DNA of 24,000 nt from positions 54,644 to 78,643 of the forward strand of contig CAMTZM010000004.1 of the NCBI GenBank assembly GCA_947086655.1, in the 5' to 3' direction. Both the position numbers and the translations under genes were made by a program. The notes below the pieces were generated by a model. That model searched no databases, was not told the DNA's origin, and was given only the letters and a program-made list of their open reading frames with translations. Numbering within the stretch: position 1 is the first letter of the stretch; the number at the start of each line of letters is the position of its first letter. This DNA is from an uncultured Eubacteriaceae bacterium (lineage in GTDB: Bacteria; Bacillota; Clostridia; Lachnospirales; CAG-274). Positions 10,061-18,121 of this stretch are shown here, piece by piece.

Positions 10061-10089
10061 ATTTTAACATCAAACCCTTAAAAAGTCAA
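10061..10089 (-). promoter_or_regulatory. Sigma-A promoter of the str operon (TTGACT - 17 nt - TG-T-TAAAAT)
   Basis: Minus strand: TTGACT (10084-10089), 17-nt spacer ending in TGT, TAAAAT (10061-10066). This leaves a leader of about 80 nt before rpsL. Confidence 0.7.
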
Positions 10090-10133
10090 TAGTTTTTTAC
10101 AATTTTTACTTAATAATTATATATAACATATTT

Positions 10134-10167
10134 AAAACCACTCATGACGAAAATTATGAGTGGTTTT
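10134..10167 (-). terminator. Terminator hairpin after the Lon-like protease gene
   Basis: Perfect 12-bp inverted repeat AAAACCACTCAT / ATGAGTGGTTTT with a 10-nt loop, starting 5 nt after the stop. The U-run is only 4 nt, and the hairpin is symmetric on both strands. Confidence 0.7.
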
Positions 10168-10172
10168 AAATA

Positions 10173-12575
10173 TTAATCAACGTCTTCCATAGCCTTTTTA
10201 TGATAATCTCTTAATTTTTTCATAACACGTCCATGAATTGTCGTTGGAGAGAATTTACCTTTAGCGCTTTTTTTACCGGCTGTTTTTCCTGTAAGTATCT
10301 CAAGCCCTTCATTAATATTTTTAATCGGATATATATGAAATGTGCCATTATTTATTGCATCTAACACATCTTCGTTTAAAACAAGGTCTTTTATATTCTG
10401 TTCCGGTATTATTACCCCTTGATTTCCTGTTAATCCTCTTTTTTTGCATATATTATAAAAACCTTCTACTTTATAGGTAACTCCGCCTATCGGCTGTATT
10501 TCTCCCTTTTGGTTTATACTTCCTGTAACAGCAATTTCCTGACTTAAAGGAATTTCAGAAAGGCTTGAAATTACGGCATAAAGTTCCGTACTTGAAGCGC
10601 TGTCACCGTCTATTCCATTGTAATTTTGTTCAAAACATATTCTGCACGATAATGACAAAGGAAACTCTTGAGCATATGTCTGCCCTAAATATCCTGTCAA
10701 AACCTGAATACCTTTATCGTGTATGCTTCCGCTCATTTCTGCTTCTTTTTCGATATTAACAATTCCGGCTTTTCCAAGATAAGAAGTTGCCGTTATTCTT
10801 GTAGGTTTTCCAAAACTATATTCTCCCATATCCATAACAGCAAGACCGTTTATTTGTCCTATACAAGCTCCATTAGTATCAATAAGTATCTCATTTTCCA
10901 TAATCATTTCGTCAAGCTTTCTTTCATAAAGCCCCATTCTCTCAATTTTTTTGCTTATAGCTTTTTTAACATGAATATCCTTTATAATATCAGCGTTATC
11001 AGCACGTGCCCACGAATCTGCCTCCGCAAGAATATCATTTAAAATGCAAAATCTTGTTGTAAGCTTATCCCGTCTTTCAGAAACTCTTGCGGCGTATCTT
11101 ATAACCTCATTTATTCCTGATGCATCAAAATCTAAAGTATTGTCTTTCATAGTATAATTTTTAATAAACTGCGCTACCTGATATATATTTTTATCGTCAG
11201 CATTCATTTCATAATCAAAAATCGGGCATATTCTAAAAAATTTCAAAAAATCGTCATCAGCTTCATTTAAAAGTTCATAATAATAACTTGTTCCTATTAA
11301 TATTATTTTCACATGACAGTCAACAGGTTCCGGCTTAATAGTAGTAACTGAAATTCCTCCAAGCTGATATTCTTTTAAAGGCTCAATTATAATTTTTCCT
11401 GTCTTTATAACCCTTTTAAGAGTTTCCCATGCATATGGATTTGATAAAAGGTCATTTACCGATAAAATCAAATATCCCCCGTTTGCTTTATGTAAAATAC
11501 CGGGCTTTATTTTCATATAATCTGTTGTAAAATTCCCATATTCATTATCATATTCAACCTCGCCTATTAAATTGGCATAAGTTGGATTATAGTCTATAAT
11601 AACTGGAGCACCTTCAAGTTTTGAGTTATCAACAATTAAATTAACTTTATATTTTTCAGTAATATCATCAACAGTTCTTCTTGCAAGCCACGGAGCCATA
11701 AGCTGCATATTTTCATCTTCTTCTCCGGCATCGTCAGCAAATTCCTCAATATTTGTCAATATATCTTCTTTAACTTTTCCTAAATATTCTGATATTATAT
11801 CATTATCAGCATATTTATCCTGAAGCGGTCTGAAATAATGTCCAACAGCAAAAAGTCCTATGTTATATTCTTCTTCTTCCATTTCTTTTTTAGCGTCTCT
11901 CTCTAATTCCTTTATTTCACGCATAACAGAAGACGCTTTTAACTGAACAGTTTCCGAACGCTTTGATATTTCTTCCTTTTGTTCCTGAGTTAAATCCTCA
12001 AAATCTTCCTCGGTAATTGTTTTGCCATCTATAATAGGAAGAAAATAAATTCCGCCGCTGCTCATTTTTACACCAAAATCAAATTCCTTAGCTTCTGCTG
12101 TCATTCTTTTAATAACTTCATCACGTTTATCCTGATAACTTTTAATAATTCTTTCTTTTTCTCCCTCAAAATCTTCAGAACTAAAAGCATGAGGAATCTC
12201 TATACTAAGCACATGTATAAGTTCCTCAAATTCTTCTTTAAACTCTTTTCCTACTCCAGCTTTTAGCTTAATAAGTTTTGGACATTTAGGGTTTTCAAAA
12301 TTATAAACATAACATAAATCGTTTGGAACAGGCTCTGTTTTTGCTATTTCTTTTGCGTATTTTTTTGCAAATGTTGTTTTGCCTGTACCTGGCACTCCAA
12401 TCATAAAAATATTAAATCCTTTTGTTTTAATATTAAGTCCAAATTTAAGTGCTTCTGCCGCCACATCCTGTCCTATTATATTCTTTAACGGTTCTATATT
12501 TTTTGTGGAATTAACTCCAAATTTTTTTATGTCTATATTAAGTTTTAATTCATCCGCTTTTAATTCTCTATACAT
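10173..12575 (-). CDS. Lon-like protease, LonC/COG1067-type (AAA-like domain with large insertion plus Lon S16 proteolytic domain)
   Basis: Walker A is GVPGTGKTT near residue 65. A charged, coiled-coil-like insertion of roughly 300 aa follows, then the Walker-B-equivalent GGYLILSVNDLL. The C-terminal Lon protease domain has the Ser motif GIDGDSASS and the Lys motif PIGGVTYKVEG. The track start at 12581 is TTG; the ATG at 12575 has AAGGAG 8 nt upstream and is preferred. Confidence 0.85.
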   Translation of the reverse strand: MYRELKADELKLNIDIKKFGVNSTKNIEPLKNIIGQDVAAEALKFGLNIKTKGFNIFMIGVPGTGKTTFAKKYAKEIAKTEPVPNDLCYVYNFENPKCPKLIKLKAGVGKEFKEEFEELIHVLSIEIPHAFSSEDFEGEKERIIKSYQDKRDEVIKRMTAEAKEFDFGVKMSSGGIYFLPIIDGKTITEEDFEDLTQEQKEEISKRSETVQLKASSVMREIKELERDAKKEMEEEEYNIGLFAVGHYFRPLQDKYADNDIISEYLGKVKEDILTNIEEFADDAGEEDENMQLMAPWLARRTVDDITEKYKVNLIVDNSKLEGAPVIIDYNPTYANLIGEVEYDNEYGNFTTDYMKIKPGILHKANGGYLILSVNDLLSNPYAWETLKRVIKTGKIIIEPLKEYQLGGISVTTIKPEPVDCHVKIILIGTSYYYELLNEADDDFLKFFRICPIFDYEMNADDKNIYQVAQFIKNYTMKDNTLDFDASGINEVIRYAARVSERRDKLTTRFCILNDILAEADSWARADNADIIKDIHVKKAISKKIERMGLYERKLDEMIMENEILIDTNGACIGQINGLAVMDMGEYSFGKPTRITATSYLGKAGIVNIEKEAEMSGSIHDKGIQVLTGYLGQTYAQEFPLSLSCRICFEQNYNGIDGDSASSTELYAVISSLSEIPLSQEIAVTGSINQKGEIQPIGGVTYKVEGFYNICKKRGLTGNQGVIIPEQNIKDLVLNEDVLDAINNGTFHIYPIKNINEGLEILTGKTAGKKSAKGKFSPTTIHGRVMKKLRDYHKKAMEDVD

Positions 12576-12701
12576 ATACAACGCTCCTTCCGTCAGCTAT
12601 AAGCCTTATTTAAGGAAGTACCGAATAATTAAAAATTGTAAAATTATAACGGCATTCCTCAAGCAAACGCTGATGTTCATTAATTTACTTCAAATACACG
12701 T

Positions 12702-13151
12702 TTACTCGAAATATTTCCACATAATTATAGCGTCTTCTTTATCGCTTTTATAATATTCTTTTCTTATTCCTTCAATTTTAAAACCCATTTTAGCATAAAG
12801 ATTTCTTGCAGCAGAATTAGACCTTCTAACCTCAAGCGTCATCCCTATCATACATCTTTTTTTCGCTTCTTCTTCAAGTCTTTTTATAATTTCCGTAGCA
12901 ATGTTTTTTCTTCTGTATTTTTCTAAAACAGCAATATTTGTAATATGTCCCTCATTTACAACATGCCACATTCCACCATAACCAACGATTGTATTATTTT
13001 CATTATCAACAGCTATATAATAAAGCGCAAGTTTATTATTTTCAAGTTCATCTTTAAATGAATTTTTCGACCAGCCTTCCTCAAAGCAGTTTTTCTCAAC
13101 TGCAGCTACGCCGTCTATATGCTTTTTTCGCATTGGAACAATATGTATCAT
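12702..13151 (-). CDS. rimI: Ribosomal-protein-alanine N-acetyltransferase (GNAT family)
   Basis: 149-aa GNAT fold with an acetyl-CoA motif (IAVLEKYRRKNIATEII ... NSAARNLYAKMGF). It follows tsaE-tsaB in the conserved position, and its start overlaps the tsaB stop by 4 nt. Confidence 0.85.
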   Translation of the reverse strand: MIHIVPMRKKHIDGVAAVEKNCFEEGWSKNSFKDELENNKLALYYIAVDNENNTIVGYGGMWHVVNEGHITNIAVLEKYRRKNIATEIIKRLEEEAKKRCMIGMTLEVRRSNSAARNLYAKMGFKIEGIRKEYYKSDKEDAIIMWKYFE

Positions 13152-13852
13152 TTTAGTTTTTCCCTTTCGTCATATTCCCTTTCGGCTTGTGGTTTTCTTA
13201 AATAAATTATACTAAATTCATCATAGTTTACAGCATATTTTTCTCCCATTTTAATTGCAAGCGCCCCTACCGATGCCGCCCTCTGCATATTCAAATTAGG
13301 ACTTGCCAATCCATCTTCTCCATAAAAGTCCTTTATTTTATCAAAATAAACTTTCGCTCCATCTCCTAAAAAAACTGCTTTTTCAGAAAACGTATTTTTT
13401 AACATTTCAAGAACCTTTGTTATATCCTCAGCAAAATAATCTGTAATTTTCTCAAACTTATCATTATTATGTCTGTAAAAAGACGTATATACTTGGTTAT
13501 TTCTTGCATCAATCATAGGCACAATAATTTTATCAGTCTTAAATATATTATATGCAAGTGCATCTAAAGTAGGAACAGGAATTATTTTTTTTGATAAAGC
13601 ATGTGCCATTCCTTTTGCCGATGCTGCTCCTATCCTCAAGCCTGTAAATGAGCCGGGACCATTGGCACACGCTATATAATCAACTTCCTTAGGCTCAATT
13701 CCAATAATATTAAACATATAATCAAGCATAGGCATAATAGTTTGAGAATGTGTCTTTTTAAAATTAACTGTAAACTCTGCTATGGTTTTTTTATAATCAA
13801 CAATTGCGACCGATGCCGCAAGTCCTGTTGTATCTATTGCAAGAACCTTCAT
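13148..13852 (-). CDS. tsaB: tRNA t6A37 threonylcarbamoyl-transfer complex dimerisation subunit TsaB (YeaZ)
   Basis: 234-aa ORF starting MKVLAIDTTGLAASVAIVD, with GPGSFTGLRIG typical of TsaB/YeaZ. It overlaps the tsaE stop by 4 nt. Confidence 0.92.
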   Translation of the reverse strand: MKVLAIDTTGLAASVAIVDYKKTIAEFTVNFKKTHSQTIMPMLDYMFNIIGIEPKEVDYIACANGPGSFTGLRIGAASAKGMAHALSKKIIPVPTLDALAYNIFKTDKIIVPMIDARNNQVYTSFYRHNNDKFEKITDYFAEDITKVLEMLKNTFSEKAVFLGDGAKVYFDKIKDFYGEDGLASPNLNMQRAASVGALAIKMGEKYAVNYDEFSIIYLRKPQAEREYDEREKLK

Positions 13853-14271
13853 CTAAACACCTCAATAATTCTATAATCATTACCTTTTTCAATATCTTTT
13901 TTTATATTAATCCAAACAGCATTTTTTGGTATAAAATCTTTTATTACATCAGCCCACTCAACAACACATACCCCTTCCGAATAAAAATACTCGTCTAAAC
14001 CAAGTTCACAAAATTCATCAGATTCCTCAAGTCTATATACATCAAAATGGTAAAAAGGCAATCTTCCTTTTCTATATTCATTTACAATTGTAAAAGTAGG
14101 GCTTGTTATATGTTCGTCTATTTCCAAACCCTTTGCCAATCCCTTTGAAAAAACAGTTTTCCCTGTTCCCAATTCACCTGTAACACAAAAAACATCATTT
14201 GGCAGCGCTTTTTTTCCCATTTCATAAGCAGCCTTAAATGTATCTTTGTCAGAAAAAGCCTCTATTTTCAT
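13849..14271 (-). CDS. tsaE: tRNA t6A37 threonylcarbamoyl-transfer complex ATPase subunit TsaE (YjeE)
   Basis: 140-aa ORF with the P-loop GELGTGKT plus the SPTFT, HFDVYRL and VEWA motifs of the TsaE family. GGAAAGGA RBS upstream. Confidence 0.93.
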   Translation of the reverse strand: MKIEAFSDKDTFKAAYEMGKKALPNDVFCVTGELGTGKTVFSKGLAKGLEIDEHITSPTFTIVNEYRKGRLPFYHFDVYRLEESDEFCELGLDEYFYSEGVCVVEWADVIKDFIPKNAVWINIKKDIEKGNDYRIIEVFR

Positions 14272-14473
14272 AGCTACAATTCCTTTCCAAAATTTTAAAA
14301 AATATAAGGAAACACTAATTTATAATTAAACGCATTTGAAAACTTAACTCCTGTTATTAAAACTGTATAAAACAAAATAGTTTTAATAAACATTTTAGTT
14401 TTCAGATATGCACTAATATTAAACATTGTTTAACTTACAGACAAAAATTTAACAAAATAAATTTTTATCAATT

Positions 14474-14506
14474 TTTTAATGGTGTTTATACTAAACACCA
14501 TTAAAA
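14474..14506. repeat. Perfect 15-bp inverted repeat (TTTTAATGGTGTTTA tac TAAACACCATTAAAA), copy A of a motif shared with 21518-21562
   Basis: Read directly: the arms at 14474-14488 and 14492-14506 are exact reverse complements with a 3-nt loop. The 15-mer ATACTAAACACCATT (14488-14502) is identical to 21516-21530. Confidence 0.6.
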
Positions 14507-14523
14507 TCAGTGTCGCCTATAAA

Positions 14524-14552
14524 ATTTTAACATACAATACCGTTTTTTACAA
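14524..14552 (-). promoter_or_regulatory. Candidate sigma-A promoter (TTGTAA - 17 nt - TG-T-TAAAAT) upstream of the palindrome and tsaE
   Basis: Minus strand: TTGTAA (14547-14552), 17-nt spacer ending in TGT, TAAAAT (14524-14529). The -10 region matches the str-operon promoter (TGTTAAAAT). It would give a leader of about 245 nt before tsaE. Confidence 0.45.
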
Positions 14553-14585
14553 GAAATTATGTCATTATGCCGTCTAAAGTCACAT

Positions 14586-15560
14586 TTATTTTGTTATTTG
14601 CCTGTTTACAAAATCAAAAACCCTTTTCCAATATTTTTCTTTTCCTACCATTGCTGAAACACCATGCCCCGCATTTTTAATTATATATATATCTTTACTG
14701 CATACAGCGTTTGTGTATAAATCATATACCATTTTAACAGGAACAAGCATATCATCTTCACCATGAAGAAAAAGTGTCGGAATACGACATTTTTTCATTT
14801 GCTTAAATGCCGATGCTTGATGAAGAAAAAAGCCGGCTCTTATACGGCATATAATTTCAAGTGAATATATCAAAACATAAATAAGATTTGTTCTATATAT
14901 TTTTTCTGCCTGATATTTAAACTCATCTATGCATGATGTATAACCGCAGTCTTCAATTATACATTTTACATTATTAGGGAGTTTTTCTCCGGCTGCCATC
15001 ATTACAGCCGCCGCTCCCATTGATACTCCATAAAGTACAACCGGCATATTTGAATTTATTTCTGAAATAATTCTGCACCATAATATAACATCAAATCTGT
15101 CATGCCAGCCCATAGCTATATATTTTCCTCCGCTTTTTCCATGTCCTCTGCAATCAGGAAGTAAAACATTAAAACCATTTTTGAAAAACTCACATGCCGC
15201 ATAATCCATAGACTCCGAATCTTGACAGTAGCCATGTACTATTATTACAGACTTTTCTGCTAACGTATTTTGAAAATAACCTTTTGCATAAAGTACATTA
15301 TTATCAAAACTTTTTATATAAAATTCTTTTTTTAAAGCACTTTTTAAAACATAGTCTATTTTATCTTTTTCCTTTTTCAGCTCTCTTTTAACAAGTTTTT
15401 CTTCTGCTGAAAGATTGAGAAGACCTTTATATTTTAGTTTATCATTTCTTGCTATAACAAAATTATAAAGATAATCAGCCGTCAAATATATTTCTCTTAT
15501 AACAACAGCTATAAATCCTAAAAAAGATATACCAATAATTTTTTTAACTTTCACTTTCAT
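14586..15560 (-). CDS. Membrane-anchored alpha/beta-fold serine hydrolase
   Basis: N-terminal TM helix (IIGISFLGFIAVVI), nucleophile elbow GVSMGA, and candidate Asp (GEDDMLVP) and His (NAGHGV). The track start at 15575 is TTG; the ATG at 15560 has GAGGA 8 nt upstream and is preferred. Confidence 0.8.
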   Translation of the reverse strand: MKVKVKKIIGISFLGFIAVVIREIYLTADYLYNFVIARNDKLKYKGLLNLSAEEKLVKRELKKEKDKIDYVLKSALKKEFYIKSFDNNVLYAKGYFQNTLAEKSVIIVHGYCQDSESMDYAACEFFKNGFNVLLPDCRGHGKSGGKYIAMGWHDRFDVILWCRIISEINSNMPVVLYGVSMGAAAVMMAAGEKLPNNVKCIIEDCGYTSCIDEFKYQAEKIYRTNLIYVLIYSLEIICRIRAGFFLHQASAFKQMKKCRIPTLFLHGEDDMLVPVKMVYDLYTNAVCSKDIYIIKNAGHGVSAMVGKEKYWKRVFDFVNRQITK

Positions 15561-15810
15561 TTTTATTATCCTCAAAATGAATAATATTATTTCCTATACT
15601 GTTTCCAAAGTCAGAATATCCTCCTTCCGGCCCATTAGCAATTCCGGAAAACAAAATTTCATCAGCAAACTCCTCATCTGTTCCAAAACCTGTAAAACTG
15701 CCTTTATTATAACAATTAAGACAATAATCATAATTAAAACTGCCGTCTTTTTCCCTTCCTCTATATCCATCATTTATAATAAGTTCACCGCATTTTTTGC
15801 ATCTATCCAC
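15544..15810 (-). CDS. Small zinc-ribbon protein (resembles the 'putative zinc ribbon' Zn_ribbon_2 pattern)
   Basis: Pattern CKKCG...GREKDGSFNYDYCLNCYNKGSF, i.e. CxxC plus CxxC with a conserved DGS..DYC..CY..G.F as I recall for that family, followed by an acidic tail. The GTG at 15810 (MDRCKKCGE) has AAAGGTGG 8 nt upstream and is preferred over the track start at 15822. It overlaps the hydrolase start by 17 nt. Confidence 0.6.
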   Translation of the reverse strand: MDRCKKCGELIINDGYRGREKDGSFNYDYCLNCYNKGSFTGFGTDEEFADEILFSGIANGPEGGYSDFGNSIGNNIIHFEDNKNESES

Positions 15811-15877
15811 AATAAAAGCCACCTTTCATTTATACTTACTTTTATTGTTTCAATAATTACGAATTTAATACAAATTA

Positions 15878-15918
15878 AATAAAAAAAGCATTATTTCATT
15901 TTTTAGAAATAACGCTTT
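15878..15918 (-). terminator. Rho-independent terminator after tRNA-Pro
   Basis: Minus strand: 13-bp stem AAAGCGTTATTTC / GAAATAATGCTTT (one G-U pair), 8-nt loop, followed by TTTTTTTATTT. Confidence 0.8.
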
Positions 15919-15930
15919 ATAAAAATAAAA

Positions 15931-16004
15931 TCGGGGCGACAAGATTTGAACTTGCGACCTCTTGAACCCCATTCAAGCGCGCTACCAAGCTACGCCACGC
16001 CCCG
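15931..16004 (-). tRNA. tRNA-Pro (anticodon GGG)
   Basis: The 74-nt minus-strand sequence folds by hand into a cloverleaf: acceptor CGGGGCG/CGCCCCG, D stem GCGT/GCGC, anticodon stem CTTGA/TCAAG with loop A-T-GGG-G-T, and T arm GCAAG-TTCAAAT-CTTGT. Discriminator is A; CCA is not encoded. Confidence 0.93.
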
Positions 16005-16024
16005 ATATAATAAACATAGGTATT

Positions 16025-16033
16025 ATTATACCA
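16025..16033 (-). promoter_or_regulatory. Candidate extended -10 promoter (TGGTATAAT) for tRNA-Pro
   Basis: Minus-strand TGGTATAAT ends about 20 nt upstream of the mature tRNA 5' end. The -35 is weak. Confidence 0.4.
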
Positions 16034-16071
16034 TATGACTTAAAAAAAGAAAAGAAAAAATTATAAATTTT

Positions 16072-16117
16072 TACAAAAAATATCTTCAGCAAAAGTATAA
16101 ACTTCCTCTGAAGATAT
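16072..16117 (-). terminator. Rho-independent terminator after the membrane-protein gene
   Basis: Minus strand: 10-bp stem ATATCTTCAG / CTGAAGATAT with an 18-nt loop, followed by TTTTTTG. It starts 15 nt after the stop. Confidence 0.75.
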
Positions 16118-16131
16118 TAAAATTAATTTTA

Positions 16132-17748
16132 TTAAAAAATATTTTTATCTTTTATAAGAATATACCACCCGTTTTCATGTATAACCTTAACCGTATCTTC
16201 TAAAATAGGATGATTTTCCTCAACCTTTCCATTATACTCATGCTCTGCAAATAAAATAAAATATGTATCTCTTCCCGGCTGTGTTTTATACCATTGTCTG
16301 TCACAATTAAGCCATCCGTTTTTATATTCCCCATTATCAAAATTAACATCTCTTACCTTTACTTCACTATCAGAAAGCAATGTTAAAATATTAGCATTCC
16401 AATAAGTAGCATATCCATAATCTAAATCATATTTCTTTAAAACTTCTATTGCCTTATGATGGGCATTGTCAAAACCGTAATCAAAAGGCATTTGCAAAAT
16501 CTGTGAAACTGTAACAAAACAGCCTAATACAATTAAAGACGCAAATAGACCGGCTATTCTTTTTGATACAGCATTATACCATATATGTTTCCATACAAGC
16601 ACACAAACAACCACAGCAGAACAAATAATAGGAGAAAGTCTCCAATTTGCCGATGAAAGTCTTCCAAATACATATCCATAGAGTATAAACCCTGTCATAA
16701 GCCAATGAAAAAGCACATAAACTTTTTCATTTCTGTTTAATTTTGGATAAAGAAACAAAGCATATAAAGGAGTTAAAAACAAAACAAGGCTTGCTGCCAT
16801 TTTAATAGCTGCAAGAATATTTTCTTTCTCTGTTATTGCCGCATTAACTTTAAAATCTGCTCCTAAAAGAGTAGTCCAATGTTCAAGAAATTTTTGAGCG
16901 TTCGGACTCCAATCCGAACCTCCTGTAATAACTGAATATGTATTTCCATAGTCTGTTGCAATATCTTTTGTAAGTATATTAAGCACAATACACCCAGCAA
17001 CAGTCGTAACTGTTATAATTAAAAAAGAAACTATTAAGTCTTTATTTGTTTTAGAAAAAAACTTGTTCTTATAATCAAACAAAACTTCAAAAAATAAAGC
17101 TCCCAATGCCGGAATTGTAGATAATGTAAGAGTTGTAAGTCCGTCAAAAGCACTGAAAAAAGACCACAACGCAAGTAATACAAAAAATATAACCGCTTTT
17201 TTATGTTTTCCTTTATTTACCGGTATCTTTTTTAATGTATAGTTATTTTCAGTAAAATATTTCATAAAAGCAAAAGTAAGAGCTAAAAGTACAAGCGCTA
17301 AAAATGCTCCTAAACTATAATGTATAATATGTTCCCAAAAAAGTTCTCTTAATTTTCCGCTTGATGATAATGTTATAAGCTGTACTGAAACAGCAATTAA
17401 AGCCCATCTTCTATTCCAATTCATTTGTATAGCCACAAAAAATGTCGCTGCGGCAAACATAAGCATAAATGTAAGCATAGACAGTCTCTGAGCAAGCATT
17501 GTAAAACCAAATATCAACTCAAAGGGATAAAATAAAAACGTACCTCCAAAAGGCAAAAGATATGGATAATAAAAAGTATCGCTAAACAGTTTGCCGCTTT
17601 CAATTGTTCCTGTTGACCATGTCATTGTATCTACACAATCAGAATGCAAATACCCTTCCGACGGTCCAAACATATAGTATATTACCATATAAAACGCCAA
17701 TGCGGCAAAGACATAAGTAATTACATCTTTCAATGTCAAATTCTTCAT
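16132..17748 (-). CDS. Polytopic integral membrane protein with C-terminal soluble domain; possibly a GT-C-fold glycosyltransferase
   Basis: 538-aa ORF with roughly 11-13 hydrophobic helices, an acidic first loop (HSDCVDT) and a C-terminal non-membrane domain of about 120 aa. AGGAGG RBS upstream. The coding call is solid. The GT-C assignment is a weak inference from architecture. Confidence 0.8.
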   Translation of the reverse strand: MKNLTLKDVITYVFAALAFYMVIYYMFGPSEGYLHSDCVDTMTWSTGTIESGKLFSDTFYYPYLLPFGGTFLFYPFELIFGFTMLAQRLSMLTFMLMFAAATFFVAIQMNWNRRWALIAVSVQLITLSSSGKLRELFWEHIIHYSLGAFLALVLLALTFAFMKYFTENNYTLKKIPVNKGKHKKAVIFFVLLALWSFFSAFDGLTTLTLSTIPALGALFFEVLFDYKNKFFSKTNKDLIVSFLIITVTTVAGCIVLNILTKDIATDYGNTYSVITGGSDWSPNAQKFLEHWTTLLGADFKVNAAITEKENILAAIKMAASLVLFLTPLYALFLYPKLNRNEKVYVLFHWLMTGFILYGYVFGRLSSANWRLSPIICSAVVVCVLVWKHIWYNAVSKRIAGLFASLIVLGCFVTVSQILQMPFDYGFDNAHHKAIEVLKKYDLDYGYATYWNANILTLLSDSEVKVRDVNFDNGEYKNGWLNCDRQWYKTQPGRDTYFILFAEHEYNGKVEENHPILEDTVKVIHENGWYILIKDKNIF

Positions 17749-17781
17749 CGTTAGTTCCTCCTATTTTTTTCATTATATTAC

Positions 17782-17835
17782 AAAAAAGCCTGTTTTATTA
17801 TTTTATTTCCTCTATCTAAAATAACAGCTTTTTTT
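17782..17835 (-). promoter_or_regulatory. Terminator-like hairpin in the leader of the membrane-protein gene (possible attenuator)
   Basis: Minus strand: AAAAAAAGCTGTT ... AACAGGCTTTTTT (one bulged G, loop about 28 nt), followed by GTAATATAATG and then AGGAGG. It lies between the consensus promoter at 17872-17900 and the RBS. The stem is AU-rich and the loop long, so stability is doubtful. Confidence 0.3.
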
Positions 17836-17871
17836 ACATCTTTATATAAATATATTAACATTTTATTATCA

Positions 17872-17900
17872 ATTATATTTTATACTTTATAAAATGTCAA
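17872..17900 (-). promoter_or_regulatory. Consensus sigma-A promoter (TTGACA - 17 nt - TATAAT) for the membrane-protein gene
   Basis: Minus strand: exact TTGACA (17895-17900), 17-nt spacer, exact TATAAT (17872-17877). Confidence 0.7.
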
Positions 17901-18005
17901 ATATAATTTATAAAGTAAATATAAATTATATTATAAAAAAAATATAGTACTTAACCTGCAGTTTGCAAATGCTTTTACTTTTTTAATAATACTTTAAAAT
18001 TTTAC

Positions 18006-18034
18006 TTGACGGAATAATGAAAATTTTATATAAT
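18006..18034 (+). promoter_or_regulatory. Sigma-A promoter for yajC (TTGACG - 17 nt - TATAAT)
   Basis: Plus strand: TTGACG (18006-18011), 17-nt spacer, TATAAT (18029-18034). It lies about 85 nt upstream of the yajC ATG. Confidence 0.7.
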
Positions 18035-18121
18035 ATGTTTTAAATGTTTCCATATTTTTTAATAATATTATTAAATTGTAATTAATCTTGAAATTGCAAA
18101 TAATTTTAAGGAGTTGCTAAG

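Noticed and set aside
10173-12581. Idea that the Lon-like protease is a BrxL-type defence (BREX) component
   Set aside because: No PglZ, PglX methyltransferase, BrxA/B/C or other defence genes flank it. The neighbours are tsaE-tsaB-rimI and ribosomal genes. The architecture fits the housekeeping LonC/COG1067 type better.
12582-12701. Promoter for the Lon-like gene (TATAAT in CCGTTATAATTTT)
   Set aside because: The -35 at 17-nt spacing (AGCGTT) shows no match to TTGACA and there is no TG extension. That is too weak to call, and the gene may be read through from rimI.
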